18,192 nt of DNA from Parachlamydiales bacterium (GCA_963765145.1 CAVXVG010000010.1:1-18192); one strand, 5' to 3'; shown: positions 9,350 through 17,877, numbered from the stretch's first letter. Numbers and translations are program-made. Notes: a model not told the origin generated them from the sequence alone.

Positions 9350-9958
9350 ATGAATAGTATAGTTTCTATAGAAATCGGCGACGAAACACCGGTTTATTTT
9401 TCAGAATATCAAAAGCTTGCAGCCGAGGTCCAAACAGCCTTTGGAACCATTTCTGATTTAACAAAGTTATTGGATAAAAAGAAACTGGCCTTAGAGAACA
9501 GTAAAGCATCAGAAAATCCATACAAAAAAATGGTTCAGACAGCCCTTTTGATGGGTGAAATTTATCTTCTTTACGTTTTACCTATTGGGCTTGTTTCTAA
9601 GGGCTTTGAAAGCTGGGTGTCTGAAGTATTTGCGGACAGTATCGAGGGGCTGTTTGGTTCTACTGTTTTAGGTGTAGGGATCGGTCGTTGCCTTCAAATT
9701 TTCTTAAGGATGTTTTACGACCCAAAACCTCCCTACAGTCTACAAATAGACTCTTATAAGTATCAGGCTATTCGGCAAGAAGCCTTTGCCCTTTTAAGAG
9801 TAACTGAGGCAAAAGTGGACATGTTCGCTAAAAAATTTGATAATTATGAGATGACACCGGCATTGGCCTCTTTAAAAGAGCAAATAAACCAAGCTGAGTT
9901 CGATCTATTTCAACAATTTCCCCACTCTGCTCTAATCCTTGAAGCCCAAACTATTTGA
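9350..9958 (+). CDS. Hypothetical membrane protein with bilobed hydrophobic segment (Inc-like candidate)
   Basis: 202-aa ORF, GGAG RBS about 5 nt upstream, fills the tolB-tatD gap. Two hydrophobic stretches (ALLMGEIYLLYVLPIGLV and GLFGSTVLGVGIGRCLQIFL) flanked by helical, charged regions. No family recognised. Confidence 0.7.
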   Translation: MNSIVSIEIGDETPVYFSEYQKLAAEVQTAFGTISDLTKLLDKKKLALENSKASENPYKKMVQTALLMGEIYLLYVLPIGLVSKGFESWVSEVFADSIEGLFGSTVLGVGIGRCLQIFLRMFYDPKPPYSLQIDSYKYQAIRQEAFALLRVTEAKVDMFAKKFDNYEMTPALASLKEQINQAEFDLFQQFPHSALILEAQTI

Positions 9959-10724
9959 CTCTCACCTTCACCTGGCCGACGACTTGCTTTATCCGCAGTG
10001 GGAGGCCATTCTCCAGCGTGCGTTTGAAGCCGGTGTCGATAAACTGCTTGTCGTTACAACCAACGTTCAAGAGATGGAACGGGCCTTGATGATGCGAGAA
10101 AAGTATCGGGCCCATCTTTTTGTTGCAGCCTCTATTACGCCGCACGAAGCCCATACTGCTGCAAAAGAAGAGGTGGAGACGATTTTTGCCGCAGCAAAAA
10201 AGGGCGATTTAGATGCTTTAGGGGAAACTGGCCTTGAATATTTCTACTTAAAAGAGACAGCCGGACCACAAATGGATTTGTTAGAGCGGTCGTTGCAAGT
10301 GGCTCAAGAGGCAAACCTTCCTGTTATTTTCCATTGCAGGGAAGCATTTTCAGATCTCTATCCTCTTTTAGATCGATACAAACCAAAAGGGATTCTTCAT
10401 TGCTTTACAGGAACAACCGAAGAAGCCAAAGAGGTTTTAAAAAGAGGGCTATACGTTTCGTTAAGCGGCATTGTTACCTATAAGAAAAGCCAAGAGCTTA
10501 GAGAAACCGCCCTGCACATCCCGTTGGACCAACTGCTTATTGAGACAGACGCCCCCTTTCTTGCCCCTCAAGCCCACCGTGGCAAGACAAATGAGCCGGC
10601 CTTCATCGTGAACACACTTTCTGTCTTATCCGAATGCCTGCAAGTTCCGCCCGAGCAACTCGCCGAAACCACCTACAACAACTGCCTAAAGCTTTTAAAC
10701 AGCGCGAAGCGTTTGGAGTGCTAA
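9939..10724 (+). CDS. tatD: TatD family hydrolase/DNase (YcfH-like)
   Basis: FDSHLHL, ALGETGLEY, PVIFHCREA, GILHCFTG, LLIETDAPFLAP, RGKTNEPAF. TTG start. Confidence 0.95.
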   Translation: MKPKLFDSHLHLADDLLYPQWEAILQRAFEAGVDKLLVVTTNVQEMERALMMREKYRAHLFVAASITPHEAHTAAKEEVETIFAAAKKGDLDALGETGLEYFYLKETAGPQMDLLERSLQVAQEANLPVIFHCREAFSDLYPLLDRYKPKGILHCFTGTTEEAKEVLKRGLYVSLSGIVTYKKSQELRETALHIPLDQLLIETDAPFLAPQAHRGKTNEPAFIVNTLSVLSECLQVPPEQLAETTYNNCLKLLNSAKRLEC

Positions 10725-10797
10725 ACTCCTGTTTAGCTTTCACTTTCACTGATAAGTCAAAGCTAAACAGGAGTTTAGCACTCCAAACGCTTTGCGC
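10702..10797. repeat. REPIN-like inverted REP doublet (family B); possible bidirectional terminator between convergent tatD and nodZ-like genes
   Basis: Perfect 34-bp inverted repeat 10707-10740 / 10759-10792, extendable to 10702/10797. Each arm is GGAG-T-GCTAAAC-TCCT-GTTTAGC-TTT: a GGAG tetranucleotide followed by its own 7-bp hairpin. Confidence 0.88.
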
Positions 10798-10823
10798 GAA
10801 AAAAGAAATCTTTAATTACGGGG

Positions 10824-11702
10824 TTACTTTATGCCGACGATTTGCTTGGTGTCGTGGTAGCCGGGATTGACCAAGACGACAGGGAGATCGGGGTTAAACC
10901 AGGTGGAAGCCAAGCTCAAGTTCGAACTCGTTCGAATCAGAAAATCTGTTTTGGATAACAAAAGACAATCGACAAGCGCTTCTTCTCCTTGAAGATCGGG
11001 CGATTTGGCATTGGTATGAATCGGCTCGCCATTGACAGAACGCTCTGCATCAATGAAGAAAACTCTGTTTGGAAAAACTTTGATCATTTCGTCGATGAAA
11101 CAAGCTCTGTCGGTCGCGACGTAAAAATAGGGATCTTTAAACATGGCCGTCTCTTCAATGATCTGTTGGACAAACCCTTCAGGAGACATTTCAGGCGCCT
11201 CACCAATAAATTTATCTGTAGCCCTATAGTGGATGCCTACAACAAAGTGGTCCTTAAAAAATGCCTTTTGGAAAGCCTCGACCTTCTTCAAGATGTAAGG
11301 CTTAATTTTAATGTACTTTTGGATCAACTCATAATTTTTTTCGGGGCCAGATTTTAATGAGATATCAAAAAAACGGGTTCGGATGGATTGATCTATTGGA
11401 AGGTTGATCAGGACAGGGCTTCTAACCGACAACTGCATCGGCTCAAAATAGTATGTCCACCAGTTTTCACCCCTTTTTGGGTTGTAATAAAAACCTTTAT
11501 CTCCAAATTCAAGAGAGAGCGATGCAATGTTTCCTTTGTCGTAAAGCTCAAGGACTCCTAAAACAACGCCAAACATCGAGAAAAATCCGCTTTTAAATAC
11601 ATCTGAAGGGATTTTAACCGACCAGGACTTCCCTTTTTCAAAATCGCACGTAGCGGGTAAAAAGGAAGAAAGTAAAAGAAAGGAAAGGAATAAGATTTTC
11701 AT
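10824..11702 (-). CDS. NodZ-like (GT23-type) GDP-fucose-dependent fucosyltransferase with N-terminal signal/anchor
   Basis: SGFFSMFGVV near the N-terminus, NWWTYYFEP, motif I VGIHYRATDK, motif II FYVATD, motif III EALVDCLLLSKTDFLIRTSSNLS. Hydrophobic N-terminus MKILFLSFLLLSSFLPATC. Confidence 0.78.
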   Translation of the reverse strand: MKILFLSFLLLSSFLPATCDFEKGKSWSVKIPSDVFKSGFFSMFGVVLGVLELYDKGNIASLSLEFGDKGFYYNPKRGENWWTYYFEPMQLSVRSPVLINLPIDQSIRTRFFDISLKSGPEKNYELIQKYIKIKPYILKKVEAFQKAFFKDHFVVGIHYRATDKFIGEAPEMSPEGFVQQIIEETAMFKDPYFYVATDRACFIDEMIKVFPNRVFFIDAERSVNGEPIHTNAKSPDLQGEEALVDCLLLSKTDFLIRTSSNLSLASTWFNPDLPVVLVNPGYHDTKQIVGIK

Positions 11703-11809
11703 AAGGGATTCATTTTAGGGCAAAGCCACTTTTTTTGAAGCAAATTGATTTTTTCATGAGTAAGTATTCGCATCAACTTAGGGCTGTTATTTTTATAGGA
11801 TGCTTTTGT

Positions 11810-13267
11810 TCAGGTGGGCCGAGTCAGGCTGAGAAAGGCGCTCGGGACTTGGTCGGCAATGTCTTGGACGTTCATCGAGTAGGAGCTGACCTTTTCAGCT
11901 GCGAGTTCGCCAGCGATCCCGTGGAGTGAGGCTCCAAGCAAGGCAGCACTTGAAGAAACAAGCCCGCAGGCCAATAAAGCCCCGACCATTCCGCTGAGAA
12001 GGTCGCCAGAGCCTGCCGTTGCCATTCCAGGGTCGCCAAAAGGAATCACACGGGGCTCTTCTCCAAACAAAAAGGTAGGTCCTCCTTTTGCCAAAAGGGT
12101 GATTTTTCTTTTAGCTGCATATTGGGAACTGACTTTTAACCATTCAGTCGACCTTTGAGGATAGTCTCCGCCCAGTAGCCGATTCAGCTCTCCCTGATGA
12201 GGGGTTAAAATGGCTCCCGGAGGTAAAAGAAGCCTTCTTTCTGCCACGTGAAAAAGGGCATCTCCATCGATAACCACTTTTTTTGCGTCGCTCAATACCT
12301 CTTCGACTAAATCGCCTGTCTTCTCTTCTCTCCCTAACCCTGGCCCAATCACGACTGCGCCATATTTTTCCAGGCTTGCTAAGCTCTCTAGTGGCCTTAC
12401 AATTAGTTCTGGTAACTGAGAAAAGGCAGAAACTAGTTTCTCGGGCGTGTAGAGGTGAACAATGCCAGCACCGCCTCTAAATGCTCCTAAAGAGGCTAAA
12501 AAAGCAGCGCCAGTCATCCCCGGGCTTCCGGCAATGACAGCAACAAACCCTCGCTCATATTTATGGCGGCTTCTTTTAATGTGTGGCAATAGGTGAGACA
12601 ATTCTGCTTTTTCGACGCTTGAGAAAGCGGGGATCGCCTCCTCTTCAATGCTTTCAGAAAAAATGGGAAGATTTTGGATGATGCCGGAATAGTCCCAACC
12701 ATTGCCTACATAAGAGACGCTTTTTGGAAATCCAATAGAGAGAGTCACAGACGCGGCGATTGGGTCACCTTCTCCACCTATCCCAGAGGCAATATCAATA
12801 CTCAAAATAGGCAGCCCCGAGCGGTTGGCGTAGTCGATCATTTCCTGATAAACGCCCCGAATCGCTCCGTGAAATCCTGTCCCAAAAATTCCATCTAAGA
12901 TGACACCGCCCTCTGGGATATGAGAGCGGATGAGAGAGAGAGGATAGACTTTCCCTCCCATCTGTAAAAATTTTGTTTTTGCTAAAGAGGCCAGTTGGGA
13001 ATGTGTTTCATTGGCGTCTGTAACGATGGCCACAACCTCAATTCCACTAGAAAAAAGTTCTATTCCGGCAACTAGGGCATCGCCCCCATTATTTCCTTTT
13101 CCGACAAGAAGATATACCCTCTTTTGGAAACCGTTTGCCTCAATGAAGTCTTTTGTAAAAGAGGCCACACTTTTGCCTGCCTTTTGCATCAGTTCAGTGC
13201 TCAAGACCCCATTTTTTTCAGATAGGGCCTCTAATCGACTCATTTCTTCTGGGGTTACAACTTTCAC
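11810..13267 (-). CDS. nnr: Bifunctional NAD(P)H-hydrate epimerase/dehydratase (YjeF)
   Basis: GKGNNGGDALV, DGIFGTGF, SIDIASG, HKYERG, AGSPGMTGAA, IGPGLG, VIDGDAL, LTPHQGEL, MATAGSGDLLSG. GTG start overlaps the gpsA stop. Confidence 0.96.
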   Translation of the reverse strand: MKVVTPEEMSRLEALSEKNGVLSTELMQKAGKSVASFTKDFIEANGFQKRVYLLVGKGNNGGDALVAGIELFSSGIEVVAIVTDANETHSQLASLAKTKFLQMGGKVYPLSLIRSHIPEGGVILDGIFGTGFHGAIRGVYQEMIDYANRSGLPILSIDIASGIGGEGDPIAASVTLSIGFPKSVSYVGNGWDYSGIIQNLPIFSESIEEEAIPAFSSVEKAELSHLLPHIKRSRHKYERGFVAVIAGSPGMTGAAFLASLGAFRGGAGIVHLYTPEKLVSAFSQLPELIVRPLESLASLEKYGAVVIGPGLGREEKTGDLVEEVLSDAKKVVIDGDALFHVAERRLLLPPGAILTPHQGELNRLLGGDYPQRSTEWLKVSSQYAAKRKITLLAKGGPTFLFGEEPRVIPFGDPGMATAGSGDLLSGMVGALLACGLVSSSAALLGASLHGIAGELAAEKVSSYSMNVQDIADQVPSAFLSLTRPT

Positions 13268-14259
13268 AGATGCTCTTCCTTCACTTCACGCTGCATGAGT
13301 GACTGCAACGCCATCATAGGTGAGAGATGTTCGTAAATGAGGCCGTACACGGCGGATGTGATAGGAAGGGGGACCTCCTTCCTTCTAGCTAACATCTCTA
13401 CAGAATGGGCTGTGTAGGCCCCTTCAACGACCATCCCGATTTGGGCAAGAGCCTCTTCCGCACTTTTTCCTTCTGCCAACAGCTTGCCAAATGAGTAGTT
13501 TCGACTGAGCGGCGAAGAACAGGTCGCGATTAAATCGCCCATACCGGAAAGTCCACTTAAAGTGTCAGAACGTCCGCCGGCCGATAATGCCAATTTTCGC
13601 ATCTCATGCAGGCCCCGTGTCATCAATGCGGCTCTTGCAGATGCCCCTAACTTTAAGCCGTCAGATATGCCACAGGCGACAGCGATGATGTTTTTGATAG
13701 AACCGCCAAAAGCAACACCGACCACATCTGAATTTGGGTAAACGCGAAACGTTGGGGTGTTAAAGCAGCGGGCGATAAAACGCATCACCTCTTCGTTGTC
13801 TGAAGCCGCTACGACTGAGGTTGGTTTACCTCGAATCACTTCTTGAGCAAAGCTTGGGCCAGATAATAACCCAATTTTTCCCTTAGCAACGTTACCTAGC
13901 ACGTCTGCCAAAACCTCAGGAAGTGTCAACAAACTTTCCTTCTCAATCCCTTTTGAAGAGATCGCAATGGGACAGGTAATATTCGATTTAGGGATTTCGC
14001 TAAAGACAGGCCTTAAGCCCTCTGAAGTCACCGCCTCGACAATCAGGTCCCTTTTAAAAGTTGCTTTATCCAGATCTGTTGTCCATGTAAGGCCGTCAGG
14101 AATAGGAAGATCCTTAAACAGAGGGTGGGGCACTTTTTCTGTGAGTTGTTTGGCAAGCTCTTTGTCTCGAGTCCATAACAACAACTCATATCCTTTAGAT
14201 GCCAAAAGAGCCGCGATGGCAAAACCCCAAGATCCACTACCAAGCACTGTAATTTTCAC
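13264..14259 (-). CDS. gpsA: Glycerol-3-phosphate dehydrogenase [NAD(P)+]
   Basis: VLGSGSWG Rossmann motif, SKGIE, LSGPSFAQEV, GGSIKNIIA, TRGLHEM, GLSGMGDLIATCSSPLSRN, VVEG. Confidence 0.97.
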   Translation of the reverse strand: MKITVLGSGSWGFAIAALLASKGYELLLWTRDKELAKQLTEKVPHPLFKDLPIPDGLTWTTDLDKATFKRDLIVEAVTSEGLRPVFSEIPKSNITCPIAISSKGIEKESLLTLPEVLADVLGNVAKGKIGLLSGPSFAQEVIRGKPTSVVAASDNEEVMRFIARCFNTPTFRVYPNSDVVGVAFGGSIKNIIAVACGISDGLKLGASARAALMTRGLHEMRKLALSAGGRSDTLSGLSGMGDLIATCSSPLSRNYSFGKLLAEGKSAEEALAQIGMVVEGAYTAHSVEMLARRKEVPLPITSAVYGLIYEHLSPMMALQSLMQREVKEEHL

Positions 14260-15332
14260 TGTTTCTCTCCGTCGATATAAGGGGTTTTTTCTATCGTTCT
14301 ACCATGCCATCTTTTTTTTAAGTGAGGCGTTGGATAATAAAAGCTAGGATCGATCTCCTGAATTGAGTCATCTACAGGCATATCGGCGATCTCTCCTAAA
14401 ATTTCTCGTTCCCGTTTTGAAAGGGCCCTTTGTACCTTTTCTAGATCATCGATCGTTTTTAGGGGAACGAAGGTCTTTTCTCTTGGATAAAGAAGCGGGG
14501 CAATCTTCTTGGCAAACATAAAGTTGTCGAAGATATATCTCTCTTGTTTCCAGCCCCATAGCCCTTCTTTTATTTTTTTCCATTGCAGATGCAAAGGGAG
14601 CAAGTCGATCTTTTTTGCAGCATCTCTTGCGGTCGATAAATTCATAAGTAAAAGGGAGATATTGGCAAAATCAAACCCCTCTTTTTTTTCTAATTCATGG
14701 TATTCAACGATTTGCAGATGCCCGTTGTTTTCTACAAGGAGGCCAACTTTCTCATCGGGCGATTCTTTGCGGATCACCTTCAACGTTAAATCGTAATGTC
14801 CATTCAGATGAAAACTAATCCATTGCGGATCAACAGGATCTGCCAATGGGTTTTCGACCAAAACAGTGGTGATGAGCTCCACACCTGCCTCTTCCCATTT
14901 CTCCAATAGGCCCTGTTTTTCTAAAACATGAAAAACACCCCCATTTCCATCGGGTCCAAAGTAGGGCAGCGGTTGATGGTGTTCATCTAAGTAGGGCAAC
15001 TCACCCTGTTCACAGATGCTAAAGTCGGACTGTTTAAAACAGCTTTTTGTTTCATCGATATTGTTTTTTGAGGCAAGGATGGCAACAGGAGTCTTTCGAC
15101 CAAAACGGCGAGATGCTGCCTCTATTTTATCGTTGAATAGCTGAAAGAGAGTTCTTTTTCTGTGAGGGGTAATAGGAAAGGTCCCTTTTGGCCCTTCCCA
15201 TCCAAGGCGACTTCCAAGGCCCCCTGCCAGCAGTACAACAGCTACTTTCCCATTTTTTAAAGCGTCAAAACCTGGCTGAAAAGGGAGAGCGGAACTCCAG
15301 GAAGTGGGTTGAGGAGGAGGCACCAAGTTCAT
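14256..15332 (-). CDS. UDPGP-family (eukaryote-type UAP1-like) UDP-N-acetylglucosamine pyrophosphorylase
   Basis: VVLLAGGLGSRLGWEGPKG, PDGNGGVF, VENPLADPVDP, EKVG, IVEYHEL, ANIS, ERYIFD, FVPLK. Adjacent to gpsA, as recalled for C. trachomatis CT714/CT715. Confidence 0.88.
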   Translation of the reverse strand: MNLVPPPQPTSWSSALPFQPGFDALKNGKVAVVLLAGGLGSRLGWEGPKGTFPITPHRKRTLFQLFNDKIEAASRRFGRKTPVAILASKNNIDETKSCFKQSDFSICEQGELPYLDEHHQPLPYFGPDGNGGVFHVLEKQGLLEKWEEAGVELITTVLVENPLADPVDPQWISFHLNGHYDLTLKVIRKESPDEKVGLLVENNGHLQIVEYHELEKKEGFDFANISLLLMNLSTARDAAKKIDLLPLHLQWKKIKEGLWGWKQERYIFDNFMFAKKIAPLLYPREKTFVPLKTIDDLEKVQRALSKREREILGEIADMPVDDSIQEIDPSFYYPTPHLKKRWHGRTIEKTPYIDGEKQ

Positions 15333-16354
15333 ACAAGAGCGGTCAATCGTTCAAAAACCTCGTCGGAAGAGATTTTTTCCATGCACCGGAAATCGATCGG
15401 GCAAACTCGCCGATAACAGGGCGAGCAAAAGACCTTTTTGTAAATAACCTCTCCAAACTTATACGGGCCTGTTTTGGTTGGGTTGGTTGAACCAAAAAGG
15501 GCGATGAGTGGCACGTTTAAAGCGGCTGCAATGTGCATAGGGCCGCTGTCGTTTGACAAGAAGGCATTGCACGATTCGATAAGGGCCAAAAGCTCGCGCA
15601 AGGTGGTCTTTCCTGCCAAATTAATGACCCGTTCGCCCATCCCTTGCGTTATTTCATCGACTAAAGGGGCGCCTGCCATGTCGCCAAAGACGACCATTAG
15701 GTGAGGAGTTTCGACCACTAACCTTTCAAGTAACTTTTCAAAAGAGGTTTTTGGCCAACACTTGGCAGTGCCAAAAGCAGCTCCTGGATTAATCCCGATA
15801 ACTTTTTGACCAGGAAAAAGTTTTAAGCCATCGAGCTTTTCCTGAGCCGCCTTCTTTTCTTCCGGCGAAACATACAGCTTAGGCCGCGTGTCGGAATGGG
15901 GAATTCCAAGCGGGGCTAATAGATCTTTATAGACTTCGACCAGGTGACGCTCTTCAATATCCTTTGGAACAGGAACAGGCTGATTGAGCAAAAGAGAGCG
16001 CCAATGGGTTGCAAAGCCAACCCGCTCTTTGACACCACCCCTAAAAAACCAATAGGCTGAGGAAAAGGAGTTGGTTAACAAGACCCCAAGGTCAAATTCT
16101 TCTTTTTTTAGAGGGAATAATACATTGGGATGGAAGGCTGTATGAACCCACCCGCTGATTTTTTTAAACCTTAGAATGTGATCGACATAAGGGTTGCCTT
16201 GGATCAAATCTCCAACGGCACCTTGGCACATAGCTGTTAAAGTGGCGTCAGGGAACGCCTGTTTAATGTCTTGCAGGCAAGGGGTAGCCATGACAACGTC
16301 CCCCAACCAATTGGGCATTCGAACTACAATTCGCTTTGGTTTCACAGCTGCCAA
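15329..16354 (-). CDS. waaF: Glycosyltransferase family 9, LPS heptosyltransferase II-like
   Basis: RMPNWLGDVVMATP, LLTNSFSSA, GINPGAAFGTAKCWP, NLAGKTTLREL, SNDSGPMHIAAAL, C-terminal CSPCYRRVCP. TTG start. The GT9 family call is firmer than the specific waaF activity. Confidence 0.85.
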   Translation of the reverse strand: MAAVKPKRIVVRMPNWLGDVVMATPCLQDIKQAFPDATLTAMCQGAVGDLIQGNPYVDHILRFKKISGWVHTAFHPNVLFPLKKEEFDLGVLLTNSFSSAYWFFRGGVKERVGFATHWRSLLLNQPVPVPKDIEERHLVEVYKDLLAPLGIPHSDTRPKLYVSPEEKKAAQEKLDGLKLFPGQKVIGINPGAAFGTAKCWPKTSFEKLLERLVVETPHLMVVFGDMAGAPLVDEITQGMGERVINLAGKTTLRELLALIESCNAFLSNDSGPMHIAAALNVPLIALFGSTNPTKTGPYKFGEVIYKKVFCSPCYRRVCPIDFRCMEKISSDEVFERLTALV

Positions 16355-16401
16355 TTTTAACCAGAAAGCGCCGAAATAAAAAACAACAATTCATCTTTTC
16401 C

Positions 16402-17772
16402 TTATCGGCTTGGCATTCGACGATATCTTAAATTTCGAGTCTTTCCAATCCGTTCAATCAATTGTTTTTCAATAAGGATATTAAGCCATCTTTGTGCCGT
16501 GGCACGAGAAATAGAAAACTTATTAACCACATCTTGCGAGGTGATTTCATTCTGAGAATAGAAAAGAGCTAGGATCTTTTCTTCTTCAGTTTGAACCTTT
16601 GCCGGCATTGATTGAGAAGAGCCTCTTGGCAAAATGCACTTTACAAAATTGGCTCCCTCAATAATTTGAGGTTTTTCAAGTCCCCAAGCTTCATAGCTTT
16701 TAAAGATATTAATAAATCCTGTTCCCATTTTTTCCACAAGCCCCATTTCTCGAAAAATCTTGCAGATAGCGGGGTTGCGCAGATATGTCAATCCCTTTAG
16801 CAATTGATCTTGTTCAATAGGACCCGAAAAATCTCCCGGGACTAAACAATTCCAAGCGATCATCATATATAGAAATTTTTGATGGTGCCTTGATATGATA
16901 ATTTCGATGAACCAATAAATTTATCAAAGCCTCTCTAAATGCAACTTCCGGTATTTCCAATTTTTCATCTCTTACAATTCCTGTAATTGAAAATGACTTT
17001 GAAAGACGACTCAGAACAAAATGATGGGCTTGTTGGAATTGATTTAAAAGGGTTCCTTCACAATCTATTGAAGCAATAGCATCCCTACCTTCTATGCCTC
17101 TAAAATGACTCACAATGATCATGGCTTCTGAAAGAAAAAACTGGGGAGATTTTCCAAAATTCAATAAGTCCTGCATAAGTGGGAAAGAGCTCAGAATGTT
17201 CCTCAACAACTAGGGAATAAGAACGTAAGACGCTTGTGTTGCCTTTGCAGATGCTTGATTCTTTCTATTATCAAGAAAATTTTGGATTAATTGATTGTCC
17301 AGGTTGTCGAGTGAGGCATTGATAAACGGGAAGTTTTTCAAAATCTATTCTATGTGATTGCCATTTTAGCTCTTCAATCATGGCCGGAGTAGCATGTACG
17401 GTACTCCGCCCTACGCGGATGTAGGTTCCTTTCTCTATTCCTTCAGATCTTCTAAAATAAGGCTTACTCATTCCCGATGATACAGCAATAATTAGATACG
17501 GTCTTATCACCAAATAATTGAGTAGATATTAAAGGAATAATAGGTGGATAGCAGGCCTCATAGATAGAATGATCTAATGATTCAAGAAGCTTATTTATTT
17601 GATCTTCAGGAAGTCCTACTACTGTTCGATCATCATCAACACCAAGTATAAGCCTTCCCCCTTTTTGATTGCAAAAACCGATAATTGTTTTGATGATTTG
17701 TTCATTTTTTGGAACTTCTCTTTTAAATTCCAGTAAAACCGACTCTGACTCGGGATGACGAAATAAGCTCAT
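16402..17772 (-). pseudogene. Schlafen/AlbA_2 + HATPase_c_4 (RecG-C-like) + winged-HTH protein, about 455 aa, broken by about five frameshifts (pseudogene or read errors)
   Basis: Fragments join into one gene: ESESVLLEFKRE..FCNQKGGRLILGVDDD (AlbA_2), YIRVGRST, FPTYAGL..FGKSPQ, AFREALINLLVHRNY, IYDDRLELFSPG, LRNPAI..EMGLVEKMGTG, ISRATAQRWLNIL..IERIGKTRNLRY (wHTH). Start ATG 17772-17770 with RBS GAGGAG. Frame changes near 17496, 17318, 17230, 17163 and 16834. Confidence 0.85.
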
Positions 17773-17778
17773 ATTTCT

Positions 17779-17877
17779 CCTCATTTGCCTCATTTAACTT
17801 AATTATGCATCAAATGAGGCGAATGAGGCGAATAAAATACGAGAAATCAGAAATTTCGCCTCATTTGCCTCATTCGA
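17779..17877. repeat. Three boxes of tandem 9-nt repeats (A/G)AATGAGGC in alternating orientation; putative operator array
   Basis: CCTCATTT-GCCTCATTT (17779-17795), AAATGAGGC-GAATGAGGC-GAA (17812-17832) and TTC-GCCTCATTT-GCCTCATTC (17855-17875). 17810-17832 and 17855-17877 form a 23-bp inverted repeat with 2 mismatches. Confidence 0.8.

Noticed and set aside
10634..10870. 78-aa ORF spanning the tatD/nodZ-like junction
   Set aside because: Runs through the palindrome and overlaps both genes, so most likely a chance frame.
10989..16800. Numerous short plus-strand ORFs opposite the nodZ-like, nnr, gpsA, UAP, waaF and AlbA_2 genes
   Set aside because: Antisense shadows without motifs or independent RBS evidence.
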